Below, in pieces: positions 46,561 to 58,105 of a stretch of DNA of 64,000 nt; position 1 is the first letter of the stretch, and every line of letters starts with the position of its first letter. The position numbers and the translations under genes are program-made. The notes below the pieces were generated by a model. That model was not told the DNA's origin. It saw only the letters and a program-made list of their open reading frames with translations, and did not search any database. The DNA is from Macrostomum lignano (taxonomy: Eukaryota): assembly GCA_002269645.1 (NCBI GenBank), contig NIVC01000301.1:124001-188000 (forward strand), in the 5' to 3' direction.

Positions 46561-49500
46561 TTAACCACGTCTGGCGGCACGTCTAAGGTTGCGTCTGGCG
46601 CGTCTGGCACGACGACCACCTCTTCTCACATCGCGGCTTCTGCGGGCACGTCTTGCAGCGCGTCTACGGATGCTTCTGGAGCGTCTGACACGACGACCAC
46701 CTCTTCTCACATCGCGGCTTCTGCGGGCACGTCTTGCAGCGCGTCTACGGATGCGTCTGGCGCGTCTGGCACGACGACCACCTCTTCTCACATCGCGGCT
46801 TCTGCGGGCACGTCTGGCGGCGCGTCTACGGATGCGTCTGGCGCGTCTGGCACGACGACCACCTCTTCTCACATCGCGGCTTCTGCGGGCACGTCTTGCA
46901 GCGCGTCTACGGATGCGTCTGGCGCGTCTGGAAATGCGTCTACGGATGCGACTGGCGCGTCTGACACGACGACCACCTCTTCTCACATCGCGGCTTCTGC
47001 GGACACGTCTTGCAGCGCGTCTACGGATGCGTCTGGCGCGTCTGGCACGACGACCACCTCTTCTCACATCGCGGCTTCTGCGGGCACGTCTTGCAGCGCG
47101 TCTACGGATGCGTCTGGCGCGTCTGGCACGACGACCACCTCTTCTCACATCGCGGCTTCTGCGGGCACGTCTGGCGGCGCGTCTACGGATGCGTCTGGCG
47201 CGTCTGGCACGACGACCACCTCTTCTCACATCGCGGCTTCTGCGGGCACGTCTTGCAGCGCGTCTACGGATGCGTCTGGCGCGTCTGGAAATGCGTCTAC
47301 GGATGCGACTGGCGCGTCTGACACGACGACCACCTCTTCTCACATCGCGGCTTCTGCGGGCACGTCTTGCAGCGCGTCTACGGATGCGTCTGGCGCGTCT
47401 GGCAATGCGTCTACGGATGCGTCTGGCGCGTCTGGCACGACGACCACCTCTTCTCACATCGCGGCTTCTGCGGGCACGTCTGGCGGCGCGTCTACGGATG
47501 CGTCTGGCGCGTCTGGCACGACGACCACCTCTTCTCACATCGCGGCTTCTGCGGGCACGTCTTGCGGCGCGTCTACGGATGCTTCTGGAGCGTCTGACAC
47601 GACGACCACCTCTTCTCACATCGCGGCTTCTGCGGGCACGTCTTGCAGCGCGTCTACGGATGCTTCTGGAGCGTCTGACACGACGACCACCTCTTCTCAC
47701 ATCGCGGCTTCTGCGGGCACGTCTTGCAGCGCGTCTACGGATGCTTCTGGAGCGTCTGGCACGACGACCACCTCTTCTCACATCGCGGCTTCTGCGGGAA
47801 CGTCTGGCGGCGCGTCTACGGATGCGTCTGGCGCGTCTGGCACGACGACCACCTCTTCTCACATCGCGGCTTCTGCGGGCACGTCTTGCAGCGCGTCTAC
47901 GGATGCGTCTGGCGCGTCTGGAAATGCGTCTACGGATGCGACTGGCGCGTCTGACACGACGACCACCTCTTCTCACATCGCGGCTTCTGCGGGCACGTCT
48001 TGCAGCGCGTCTACGGATGCGTCTGGCGCGTCTGGCAATGCGTCTACGGATGCGTCTGGCGCGTCTGGCACGACGACCACCTCTTCTCACATCGCGGCTT
48101 CTGCGGGCACGTCTGGCGGCGCGTCTACGGATGCGTCTGGCGCGTCTGACACGACGACCACCTCTTCTCACATCGCGGCTTCTGCGGGCACGTCTTGCAG
48201 CGCGTCTACGGATGCTTCTGGAGCGTCTGACACGACGACCACCTCTTCTCACATCGCGGCTTCTGCGGGCACGTCTTGCAGCGCGTCTACGGATGCTTCT
48301 GGAGCGTCTGACACGACGACCACCTCTTCTCACATCGCGGCTTCTGCGGGCACGTCTTGCAGCGCGTCTACGGATGCGTCTGGCGCGTCTGGCACGACGA
48401 CCACCTCTTCTCACATCGCGGCTTCTGCGGGCACGTCTTGCAGCGCGTCTACGGATGCGTCTGGCGCGTCTGGCAATGCGTCTACGGATGCGTCTGGCGC
48501 GTCTGGCACGACGACCACCTCTTCTCACATCGCGGCTTCTGCGGGCACGTCTGGCGGCGCGTCTACGGATGCGTCTGGCGCGTCTGGCACGACGACCACC
48601 TCTTCTCACATCGCGGCTTCTGCGGGCACGTCTTGCAGCGCGTCTACGGATGCGTCTGGCGCGTCTGGAAATGCGTCTACGGATGCGACTGGCGCGTCTG
48701 ACACGACGACCACCTCTTCTCACATCGCGGCTTCTGCGGGCACGTCTTGCAGCGCGTCTACGGATGCTTCTGGCGCGTCTGGCACGACGACCACCTCTTC
48801 TCACATCGCGGCTTCTGCGGGCACGTCTGGCGGCGCGTCTACGGATGCGTCTGGCGCGTCTGGCACGACGACCACCTCTTCTCACATCGCGGCTTCTGCG
48901 GGCACGTCTTGCAGCGCGTCTACGGATGCGTCTGGCGCGTCTGGCACGACGACCACCTCTTCTCACATCGCGGCTTCTGCGGGCACGTCTTGCAGCGCGT
49001 CTACGGATGCTTCTGGCGCGTCTGGCACGACGACCACCTCTTCTTACATCGCGGCTTCTGCGGGCACGTCTGGCGGCGCGTCTACGGATGCGTCTGGCGC
49101 GTCTGGCACGACGACCACCTCTTCTCACATCGCGGCTTCTGCGGGCACGTCTTGCAGCGCGTCTACGGATGCTTCTGGAGCGTCTGACACGACGACCACC
49201 TCTTCTCACATCGCGGCTTCTGCGGGCACGTCTTGCAGCGCGTCTACGGATGCGTCTGGCGCGTCTGGCACGACGACCACCTCTTCTCACATCGCGGCTT
49301 CTGCGGGCACGTCTGGCGGCGCGTCTACGGATGCGTCTGGCGCGTCTGACACGACGACCACCTCTTCTCACATCGCGGCTTCTGCGGGCACGTCTTGCAG
49401 CGCGTCTACGGATGCGTCTGGCGCGTCTGGCACGACGACCACCTCTTCTCACATCGCGGCTTCTGCGGGCACGTCTGGCGGCGCGTCTACGGATGCGTCT

Positions 49501-50319
49501 GGCGCGTCTGGCACGACGACCACCTCTTCTCACATCGCGGCTTCTGCGGGCACGTCTTGCAGCGCGTCTACGGATGCGTCTGGCGCGTCTGGCACGACGA
49601 CCACCTCTTCTCACATCGCGGCTTCTGCGGGCACGTCTGGCGGCGCGTCTAAGGTTGCGTCTGGCGCGTCTGGCACGACGACCACCTCTTCTCACATCGC
49701 GGCTTCTGCGGGCACGTCTTGCAGCGCGTCTAAGGTTGCGTCTGGCGCGTCTAACACGACGACCACCTCTTCTCACATCGCGGCTTCTGCGGGAACGTCT
49801 TGCAGCGCGTCTAAGGTTGCGTCTCGCGCGTCTGACACGACGACCACCTCTTCTCACATCGCGGCTTCTGCGGGCACGTCTTGCAGCGCGTCTACGGATG
49901 CGTCTGGCGCGTCTGGCACGACGACCACCTCTTCTCACATCGCGGCTTCTGCGGGCACGTCTGGCGGCGCGTCGGTTCTGCCGCCTGGATTGGCGGCGAC
50001 TCCGCCTCTCGCTTCTTCTGTCCCTTCTTTCCTCTGCGTTCCTCCTTGGCGGTCTTCTGCAAGGCTTCTGAGCCATAGCGGGCTTCTTAGCGGATCCAGC
50101 GATGGCCGCAGCGTTAGCGGCTGCTGGCTTCTTCAGCTTATTCTTCGCATTCGGTGGTGGCGCTGAGAGCTGAAAATTGCAAATGATTTTCGTAATTATT
50201 CAAAATTGAAGCTGCCATTAGTGCTACATACGTACGAGCGTAGTTATGTGCAACTGAATTGAACTTACCACTAGCGTGCAAAGCAGCGCGGCGCAAGCTG
50301 CCAACAGAATGAGTCTCAT
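46561..50319 (-). CDS. Secreted giant arginine-rich repeat protein, copy A (1219 aa): exon 1 50319-50269, exon 2 50169-46561
   Basis: Exon 1 is ATG AGA CTC ATT CTG TTG GCA GCT TGC GCC GCG CTG CTT TGC ACG CTA GTG|GTAAGT, then a 99-bp intron ending ttttcAG, then in-frame LSAPPPNAKNKLKKPAAA...MAQKPC. 39 SRDV-containing 27-aa units plus seven 11-aa inserts. Many repeat variants are synonymous in this frame (GCT/GCC/GCA/GCG, GTC/GTT). TATA-like box upstream and AATAAA downstream. Confidence 0.85.
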
Positions 50320-50376
50320 GTTTGAGCTGCTTGGGAGCTGACTGGATTGAATTTCGGAAGCCCCAAAACGGACCTA

Positions 50377-50384
50377 CTTTTATG
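50377..50384 (-). promoter_or_regulatory. TATA-like box (CATAAAAG) of Arg-rich gene A; equivalent at 61765-61772 for copy B
   Basis: About 58 bp upstream of the ATG, with an initiator-like tcaatc/cagtca about 30 bp downstream. Conserved in both copies. Confidence 0.55.
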
Positions 50385-50884
50385 CTGTTGTTGAGTTTGA
50401 CACCCCCGCGGGTGGCCGTTTCTTCACCTGCCGGATGGCAACTGCTGAGCTGACAGACTGTCGAATTTTTTACATTTGTTTGCACGCTGCTTCGCACTGG
50501 AAGTTCGGGCGGCTTGAATGCCGTTCATTTTTCGAAAATTTTGTTTGTTTTGTTCGACTCTGCTGACTGGTGCAAAAGAATTCTCAAGAACGAAATAATT
50601 CTCCCTACTCTCAAGACATTACGGCCTTGTCGTTTTGGTGACTTTTGCTGTGCTGAGCAAACACGGGCCTGAAGTGGCGCTTGTTTGACAGCAGAATCTG
50701 CAGGTGCGACTCCTCAAACATGCGAAAAGTTGCTAAGGCGATCGATTTTGACTAAGAGTTTTTTGCGACTCAAACGTTCATGCTCACACTGAAGAGTAAA
50801 TTGCAAGAAACCACTTTTGCAATTCGATGATTAAGAATTTTGGTTGACGTCACCACTGCATTCAAAATATCTTTGTATCCTTGA

Positions 50885-51800
50885 TGCGAGAGCTCTCATA
50901 ATGCCGTTGCGGGTAGGGATTTTTCAGGCCAGTGACTGACTGATGCCGTGGGTGACGAAAACTGTAAAAGGTTTATCAAGTAGCTCACACCAGTGTGGCA
51001 GATTATTAAATTCCCCAGATTATGATTCCTGATAGTAATGTATGCCTGTGTTCCTTTACCACTGCGGTTCTTGCCGCCTCTCGACCTCTTCGTCAGGGGT
51101 GAGGCGGCTAGAACGATCCGGCGTCTACTAGTGTCCGGCGTCAAATTCCTCTACATGAGGGCACCTGCTAAGCGAAACCTCGTCACGTCATAGCGACCTG
51201 TGCCTCAACATTCTCAATGAGTGCCAGGCCAATTGCGTCTTCACCGATGGCATTGCCTCAACGCTCAATCTGAGACAACGCAATCAGTAGCTATCAATTA
51301 GTAGCTATCGACCCGCACGATACCATCAATTACCACTGAAACCCTGTTGAGCTCCACTGCTACCACTGACGGTTCTAAGCAGTCAGTCAGCACCGGCTTT
51401 GGTGTTGGAATCTTCCTGAACGGGCGGGTCATACTGGGGTAAAAATCAATGGGTTTTTCAAAAAAGTTGTCGCCCTCAGCTCTTGCACTACAGAGCTTCT
51501 CGCCACTGGCGTAACTAGTAAGAAAATCGTTTTCCATTCGGACAGCCAAGCTGCCTTGCACGCCATCAGTGGTTGCAGCGTCAACTCTGTTACAGTCCTC
51601 GACTGTATCAACTCCTTAACATGTTGGATTCTACGAGTACCAGCAAAATACCCTTAAGTGGGTTTCGGGGCATGATGGGATCCAAGGGAATGAGCTGGCT
51701 GACGCCCTTGCAAAAGTTGGCGCCTCCGGCTCCTCTCTCGGGCCCGAATCCATTGTACCGAATACCGATCCCCAGCTGCGTCTATCTCGCGAAGATATAT
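50885..51800 (+). mobile_element. Decayed non-LTR retrotransposon fragment (post-RT linker and RNase H; I/R1/Loa-type)
   Basis: Frameshifted LPPLDLFVRGEAART, TDGSK, FHSDSQAALHAI, KWVSGHDGIQGNELADALAKVGA and GPES. The 5' part is also at 62280-62518. Confidence 0.75.
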
Positions 51801-51829
51801 CTGGCCTGCCACTGCCACCATGACTATCT

Positions 51830-53709
51830 CAGGTCACGGCTGTTTTTTCAGGCACCAGTACACACCAGTAATCCAGCACTTCGCGTTCACACTGCACTAC
51901 CGCAAAGGCGACGACAACCCGGCAGACCCGCTGAGCCGCAATCCGCTGCCAAGCGCATCGTTGCACAAAGACGAGGCTGAGGACACCAGACTGTGCAACG
52001 CCGTTGTCCAAGCGGCCACCCCGAAGGGCCTGACCATCGACAGGATCCGGGCTGCGACCGAGAGAGACCCAGCTCTGGTGGTCATGCGCGTCATGCCCGC
52101 CTTGGCAACAGAAAACTGGAGCTGCGGCGCGGCGCGGCGAGTCCTGCGCACAGTTTTCGGTCCCTCAAAGCCGAACTGAGCGTTCACGCAGGCCTTCTGC
52201 TCCGGGGAAACAGAATCGTGATCCCGGCGGAACTTCAGCAGCTGACGATCGGTTTAGCGCACCAGGGCCACCTCGGACAGAAAAAGACGTGCGACCGACT
52301 GCAGCGTAAGGTCTGGTGGCCTGGCATGACCAAGCAGGTCGAGGCGGTCGTCACTAACTTCTCCGGTGCCAAGCGGCCCGGACTGACGGCGCCGTTAAAT
52401 AACCGCCGATGCAGCCGACTCCGCTTCCGTCGGGGGCCTGGCAATCGCTCAGCGTCGATGTGTGCGGACCATTCCTACGGGCGAGAACGTAGTGGTCTTG
52501 GTGGACTACTTCAGCCGCTACCCGGACCTCTACGTGGTGCGAAGCCTCACCAGCGCCAGCGTCATCAACTGCGTCATGGCCTCATTCAGCCGCTTCGGGG
52601 TGCCGCAGCAGATCACTACGGACAACGCCACCTACTTTACGAGCGAGGAATTCAGTGTGTTTCTGGACGGCCTCGGGGTTCGACAGCGCAGGGTCACCCC
52701 GCTCTACCCGGCGGCGAACGGCGAGGTGGAGCGCTTTAACCGCAGCCTCAACAAGGCCATCAACGCGGCCACAGCCGACGGCAAGGACTGGCGGCGTGGC
52801 GGCGGGCGATTCACGAGTGGCTTCTCGGATACCGTAACTCCGTGCACCGAGGCACCGACCGCACGCCCAACGATCTCATGTTTAACCGAGAGACCGGCGG
52901 CATCCTGCCATCCGGCCTGACAAAGCAAACCGGCAGCTCCGGACGGCAGCTCCAGCGCCACGAGTGCGGCTACAAGCAGGCGATGCGCAAGGCGGCCGAC
53001 ACGCGGCGATCGGCTGCGCCACACGGCATCCTGGCAGGCGCCCGCGTGCTGCTCAGAAACCGCGGCAAGGCCAAGCTGCGCTGTCCGTTCGACCCGCGGC
53101 CTTGGCTTGTCAGGGCAGTCAGCGGCGACGCCCTGACTCTGCAACGCGGCACGGCAGTCATCCGGCGGCATGTGACCGAGACGAAGCCGCTGCGTGAGTG
53201 CCCCTGGGACCTTGACGAGCTGGACGGCGATCAGCGGCCGGGGGCGCCGGCGACGGAGGTAAATCCGGCCAACGACGGCCCGATTGCACAGAGGCCTCAT
53301 CCCAGAACAGCAAAGCGGCCCGTCTGCTACAAGCAGTGACTTGATTCGAACTGAGCCGCAACGCTGTCTAAGATCGGCAAGCTTTGATTACTTAAGTATT
53401 TAACCGTTCAAAATCAAAAGTTTTGCTACTGCTTTACTAATTAATTTTTTTAATCGTTTCTCGTCAATTTTCGCAATGAAATTTCAAAACCTCTCGTATT
53501 GGACTTTTCTTTTGCTTTGGGGGAGAGATGTGGTGCGCAGCCTATGCGTGTACAATGCCCTTTCTCTTGCTCTCTAGCCAACATGCTCAGCACCCCAATG
53601 TATTACGTAACTCATAGCTGCACGTCGGCAGCTGCGTGAATATATATCGCAAATATACGGCTCTTAGAGGCCAAGATTCTTACCCGCCAAGCGGACTACG
53701 AGCACTACA
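51830..53709 (+). mobile_element. Gypsy/Ty3 LTR retrotransposon 3' remnant (RNase H end, integrase, PPT, 3' LTR)
   Basis: YRKGDDNPADPLSR, AHQGHLG...WWPGM, SVDVCGP, LVDYFSRY, TTDNATYFTS and ANGEVERFNR, with frameshifts and stops. Polypurine tract ggggagaga followed by a TGT...ACA LTR at 53529-53709. Confidence 0.9.
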
Positions 53710-53912
53710 GTTGCAGAAGGATGCTTGGAAAGATCGCTTCATTTTCGATTCAACTGTCGCCAGGGTGGAATGGCAGAATGAAACAACCAATGAGGAGAGT
53801 TTGATGACGATTTTTGTACACTCAGGTGGGGATATATAGGAGCTAAGGCTAGAAAGATGTGAGGCAAATTTATCAGATTAATGCAATGCCCCAGTCCATT
53901 AACTGCATCAGC

Positions 53913-55911
53913 ATGATTTCTTATTGCAAATTGCTTTTAGGAGTTCAATTTATCTTGGCAAATCCGCTGAGCATCGAAGCTGCCACATCATTCGATTTGT
54001 GTAAGTTTTTAGAGTTGTGCGAGTTTTGTCACCGAGTGCAGTGTAGCACCAGCTTCCAGAGCAGAACTAGTGATTCTCTTTGATTTCAGACAGCCGAGCG
54101 GCTGCGCCAGGGTCGCCGGCTATTGAGGTGAGCCGAGCGCCGTCGCAGAGCGCCATCGAGTGCTCGGCCCAATGCAGCTGCGCTGGGCTGACCTGCAGAT
54201 CGGCGCTGTTCCTGCCGGCCAACGGAGTCTGCCTGATGTCGGAGCAGCCTGCGACGGATTTTTCCGGCGTTGTTGGAGGCGCGGCCGGCAGGCCATTCGT
54301 GAAGTCCACCACAGGTTCTTCTGCTTCGGGTAAGTGCGAGTGTTTGACCTTGACTGCCAGCTGAGCAGTGCATTGAAATGCCAAAGCGGAAAACTCCCCA
54401 ACGAACTCAACAGTCCCTGGTAACATCACGGTCAGCGTCGGTGGCCGGAAGTTCCGCGTGATTCAACAGCGAGTTGATGACAGCGTGAGCTTCGCCCGGA
54501 CCTGGGCCGAGTACGAGGCCGGCTTCGGGGACAGCAACAACTTCTGGATCGGTGAGCGCTCGCCGAACCATCTTGTAGGCAAGCGCGAGCTTTACCTACG
54601 GACTGATAGCTGAGTGATGGTGTGCAAAGCTGATTGAGGGTATGCAAAGCTGAGTGAGAGAATGCGCAGCGAAGCGGAAGGCCTAGCTACTGTTGTACCC
54701 CCCGGGATGGCCTCGGGAGTTGCAAATCCGGCTAGGGTAGCCGGGGCTGCCTAGCTGGGGGACAACAGGTCCCGCATACGCCTGTCCCTAACGCTGCGAA
54801 AGTTCACAGTAGCCTCCGGCTGGCGAAACTTCACTTGCCGGCCCCTAAACACTGCGAGAGTTCACAGTCGTCCCGATCCCCACGCGGCACCCCAGAAGAG
54901 GAAAACACTCACACCGGTAGTTCGGGCGGACTCCAACAACGCGTCGAGTAAAACGCGTACCGAATGTCACGTGTTTATTATTACTCTACTGCACTGCCGC
55001 CAGCAGGCCAAGGTAGGGGGGGGGTAGAGACGGGAGGGAGGAAAGCAAGGAAAGTAAGGGAGGAGGGTAAACCGATAGACAATAATCAAGTACACACCCT
55101 GCTGGCCAGCCAATCACAAGCCACCAGCCGGGGAGCGTGGAGCAAACTTGAGCCGGCCTGCGCACGAGACCAAGGGGCCCGGGCAGGCAGTAGGCCAGAC
55201 TAGGGTGAGGCTTAGGCCCCCAAACCCCAGCCCGACTGGCCGGCCCAACCCAGCGCAAGGGGGTGGGAGAGAAAAATAATGGAAAGAAAATGCCCAGTGG
55301 GTGGAGCCCTCGCTGACGCAACACGGCACAACACTACATAAGTGTCCGAATACCGTACACCTGGCCGGTTCCAGAGGAACAGTGTAAATAAATTCAAGGC
55401 TCCGATCCTCACTGAACTGCCATCACTGAAATCCTCAGGCCTGGCCGCCATCCACAACCTGACTAAGGCGATACCCACCCTGCGCGTGGAGTCCTGGAAC
55501 TGGGCCGACCAGCTATTCACCACCGAGTACGAGTCGTTCCAGGTGAACGGCCCGGCAACCAACTACTCTATGGACTACAGCATCAGAGTGGCCTCGGGCA
55601 CGAACTCCAGCAACGCGTCCGGCTTCGAGCCGTTCTTCGACAGCTCCGGCCGGCCCTTCTCCACCCTGGACGTGGACAACGACCTTGAAGAGACACAGTC
55701 GGTATCCCAGGCCGCTGCCGGAGGGGCTGGCTGGTGGTTCACTTTTCTCATCAGCGTATACCTGAACCCCAACGGTCTCTACCCGCCTCCTGACAAGCGG
55801 ATCTGCATCGAAGCCGCCTCCGACTTTAAGTTTATGCACTGGTACCTGAACAACGGCACCGGCTGCGGCCGGGTCGCCGTGAAGGCCATCCGAATGATGG
55901 TGACAGTGTGA
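53913..55911 (+). CDS. Secreted PAN/Apple plus fibrinogen C-terminal (FReD) protein, copy B; exons 53913-54000, 54090-54329, 54414-54551, 55439-55911
   Basis: Signal peptide MISYCKLLLGVQFILANPLSIEA. PAN-like SAIECSAQCSCAGLTCRSALFLPANGVCLM. FReD motifs VIQQRVDDSVSFARTWAEYEAGFGDSNNFWIG|LAAIHNLT, FSTLDVDND, GWWF, LNPNGLY and KAIRMM. All three introns are phase 1 with GT-AG. Confidence 0.85.
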
Positions 55912-56625
55912 ACTCCCAGCTGATGGCAGCAAACTGGCTGGATAGATACTCAGAGTAGCCATCTTGGTGATTTTTTTGTCATTTTTGCTGAACTTTTCTT
56001 AAAAATTTCTTCTGTTCATCTGCAATCGTCTCTGTTTACTCCGTTTTCTCTCCCTCTGACCAGTTCAGTCTTGTCATTCTTATCTCTTCCTCGCTGTCTT
56101 CTGATTGGCTGCTCAACCTCGCCTCTTTCCTCAGTCGTGCACTCCACCCCTCACCCCTCCTTCTCTTATCTGCACTTAACCTCCTTTAATTTAAGGTCTT
56201 AATTCTAATTAAAAATAGTTATCTGATTTTTTATTACATTAAACTAGAGGGGGGCTAAGTGCCAGAGAAAAGTAGGATTGAAGTGCGCAACTGAGAAAAG
56301 AGGCGAGATTGAAGAGCCAATCAGAAGGCAGTGAGGGAGAGAGATAAGAATATAACAAGACTGAACTGGATAGGCACGGAGAGAAAACACACAGTAAACA
56401 GAGAGACGAGTGAGTGCAGATGAACGTTTGTTCTAAAAATAGCATGCCTATCCGCCTTTAACCCACCTCTAGGCTGTTGCGTGTACATTTGCATTATGTA
56501 CATTTTTCTATTTTACAGATTCTATAAAAATTTTACTTCTAGCTCGTAATTCTTTAAGCAACGGTAACGACATATTGAAAAATGCACGCTGGATTTAAAA
56601 CTACTTTTCTGCAAATTAAACTATG

Positions 56626-57887
56626 CTCAGCAACAGTCAAAAGTTCTACCCCTATCGCGCCTAGTCAGAGATAACTTCTCGCTCACAATTCAACCCGCGA
56701 GTTTCGCAACTACGCCGCGAGGAGGGTGATTGAATCAATAATAAACGCCAGTCGCACAAAATCACAAGTTTATTTTTATGCAATATGCAGTTAGAATCGC
56801 AATGCTTAATACCGCGTGTGGGATCCACTCGCACGCAGAAGAGCGGCGACTCTGCGGGGCATCCCCAAGATGAGGCGACGCAGAAAGTCCCGGGGAAGTT
56901 GCTGCCAAGCGTTTGCAATGGCGTGACGTAGCAGTTGCAGTTGCCAACTCCTCCGAAAGCAGCGTCGGCAAACGGTAGGAACCGAGTCTGCAGAAGATCT
57001 GCGTAGCTATTAGCGTTCACGTTGGCATCCAGGAAGACGATATTCGTCCTGGCTCTCAGCGCACTGTACATTCTGCTGCAGCATCTCCTGCCGCGGTTCT
57101 CGCCAAACGCGGGTGCGACCATCTGCTTGGAAAAGTCGGAACCGGCTCTCGTCAGTGAAAACAACGCGTCGCCACTGCTGCTACCTCCAGTGGACGCGCT
57201 GCATCGCCGACTGCTCTCGGCTGGCGATGTGGGCAGGACTGAGTCGAGGCCGCTTGCGCATCTTGCGAGAGCGGAGGCTACCTCCCGAATTCGAAGTCGA
57301 ACTGTTTGGGCGCTCAGGATATTTCCTGCTCTGGGAAACCCCACATCAGACGGAGCAGGGTGGCTGGCAGGGTGGGAGTTCGCCTTAATATTCGCAGCAG
57401 ACGGCGATTTGCTCTGGCTGTTGAGCCACGGAGATCAAGGCGCTGTTGTGTTCTAATTGACACAGAGAGTTTCGTTTGATTAAAGCTTTTGAGCTCAGAG
57501 ATACACATCTCGCTCACAATATTAAATATTTTATATAAATATCTTTATATATTTATAGAGATCAAACTCCTACTTGCACGTTGCAATCTCCTACTCATTC
57601 ATGTCTGAGTACAGTACGAGCGTATACGCCCACGCATTCAATAAGGCCAATAGTTCATTGTCAGTAGTCAATTCATTGCGCGAGCATTGTCAATCACAAC
57701 AGGCGCTGACTGCCTTTCGCAGCGTGCTCCACGCTGCCAGTCTCACGGGACTTTGTCAGCAGTTTTAGAATTGCCGCTCGCGATCTTCCAAATCTGCGAG
57801 CAACTTCTCTGATGGACACACCGACTTCCAGCATTCCAACAGCACGCCATCGTTCAGCATTAATCATTTGCCGGACTATTTTTGAAA

Positions 57888-57929
<42 letters not shown>

Positions 57930-58105
57930 ATTAAACTGAACATTTGTCCTTTTAAAGTTACGCAGTCTTGTACCATTATACAGACCCAAGCCCCCCCCCC
58001 CCCAAGTGACAATAAGCTTCGCTGCGTGCCGCAACTTGAGTCAGTCATAATAGGTGAGAAAAATTCCATCTCGCTTGGAGGGTGGAACTTTTGACTGTTG
58101 CTGAG
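56626..58105 (-). mobile_element. Internally deleted Tc1/mariner DNA transposon
   Basis: 26-bp TIRs ctcagcaacagtcaaaagttctaccc (56626-56651) and gggtggaacttttgactgttgctgag (58080-58105). Remnants RKRPRLSPAH, WRRVVFTDESRF, YADLLQ and MPRRVAALLRASGSHTRY*. The second Asp and Glu region is missing. Absent from unit A. Confidence 0.9.
57890..57927. repeat. (TG)n microsatellite inside the Tc1 remnant
   Basis: Direct observation. Confidence 0.95.

Larger units (their letters stand above)
42028..51130. repeat. Segmental duplication unit A (paralogue of 53710-62518)
   Basis: Collinear matching blocks: 42028-42410 with 53710-54056, 42424-43580 with 55477-56625, 43587-43799 with 58130-58345, and 45998-51130 with 58409-62518. 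Confidence 0.95.

Noticed and set aside
46589-50071. Plus-strand 1160-aa RLARL ORF and a mucin-like ASGTTTTSSH frame (also at 58979-61459)
   Set aside because: Antisense shadows of a stop-free 81-bp repeat. Variants that are silent in the Arg frame change residues here, and no promoter, signal exon or poly(A) site supports the + strand.
46561-50076. Protamine or sperm nuclear basic protein call for the Arg-rich ORF
   Set aside because: An in-frame upstream exon encodes a signal peptide in both copies and no histone-H1 winged-helix domain is present. The ORF-track start (MAQKPC) is internal.
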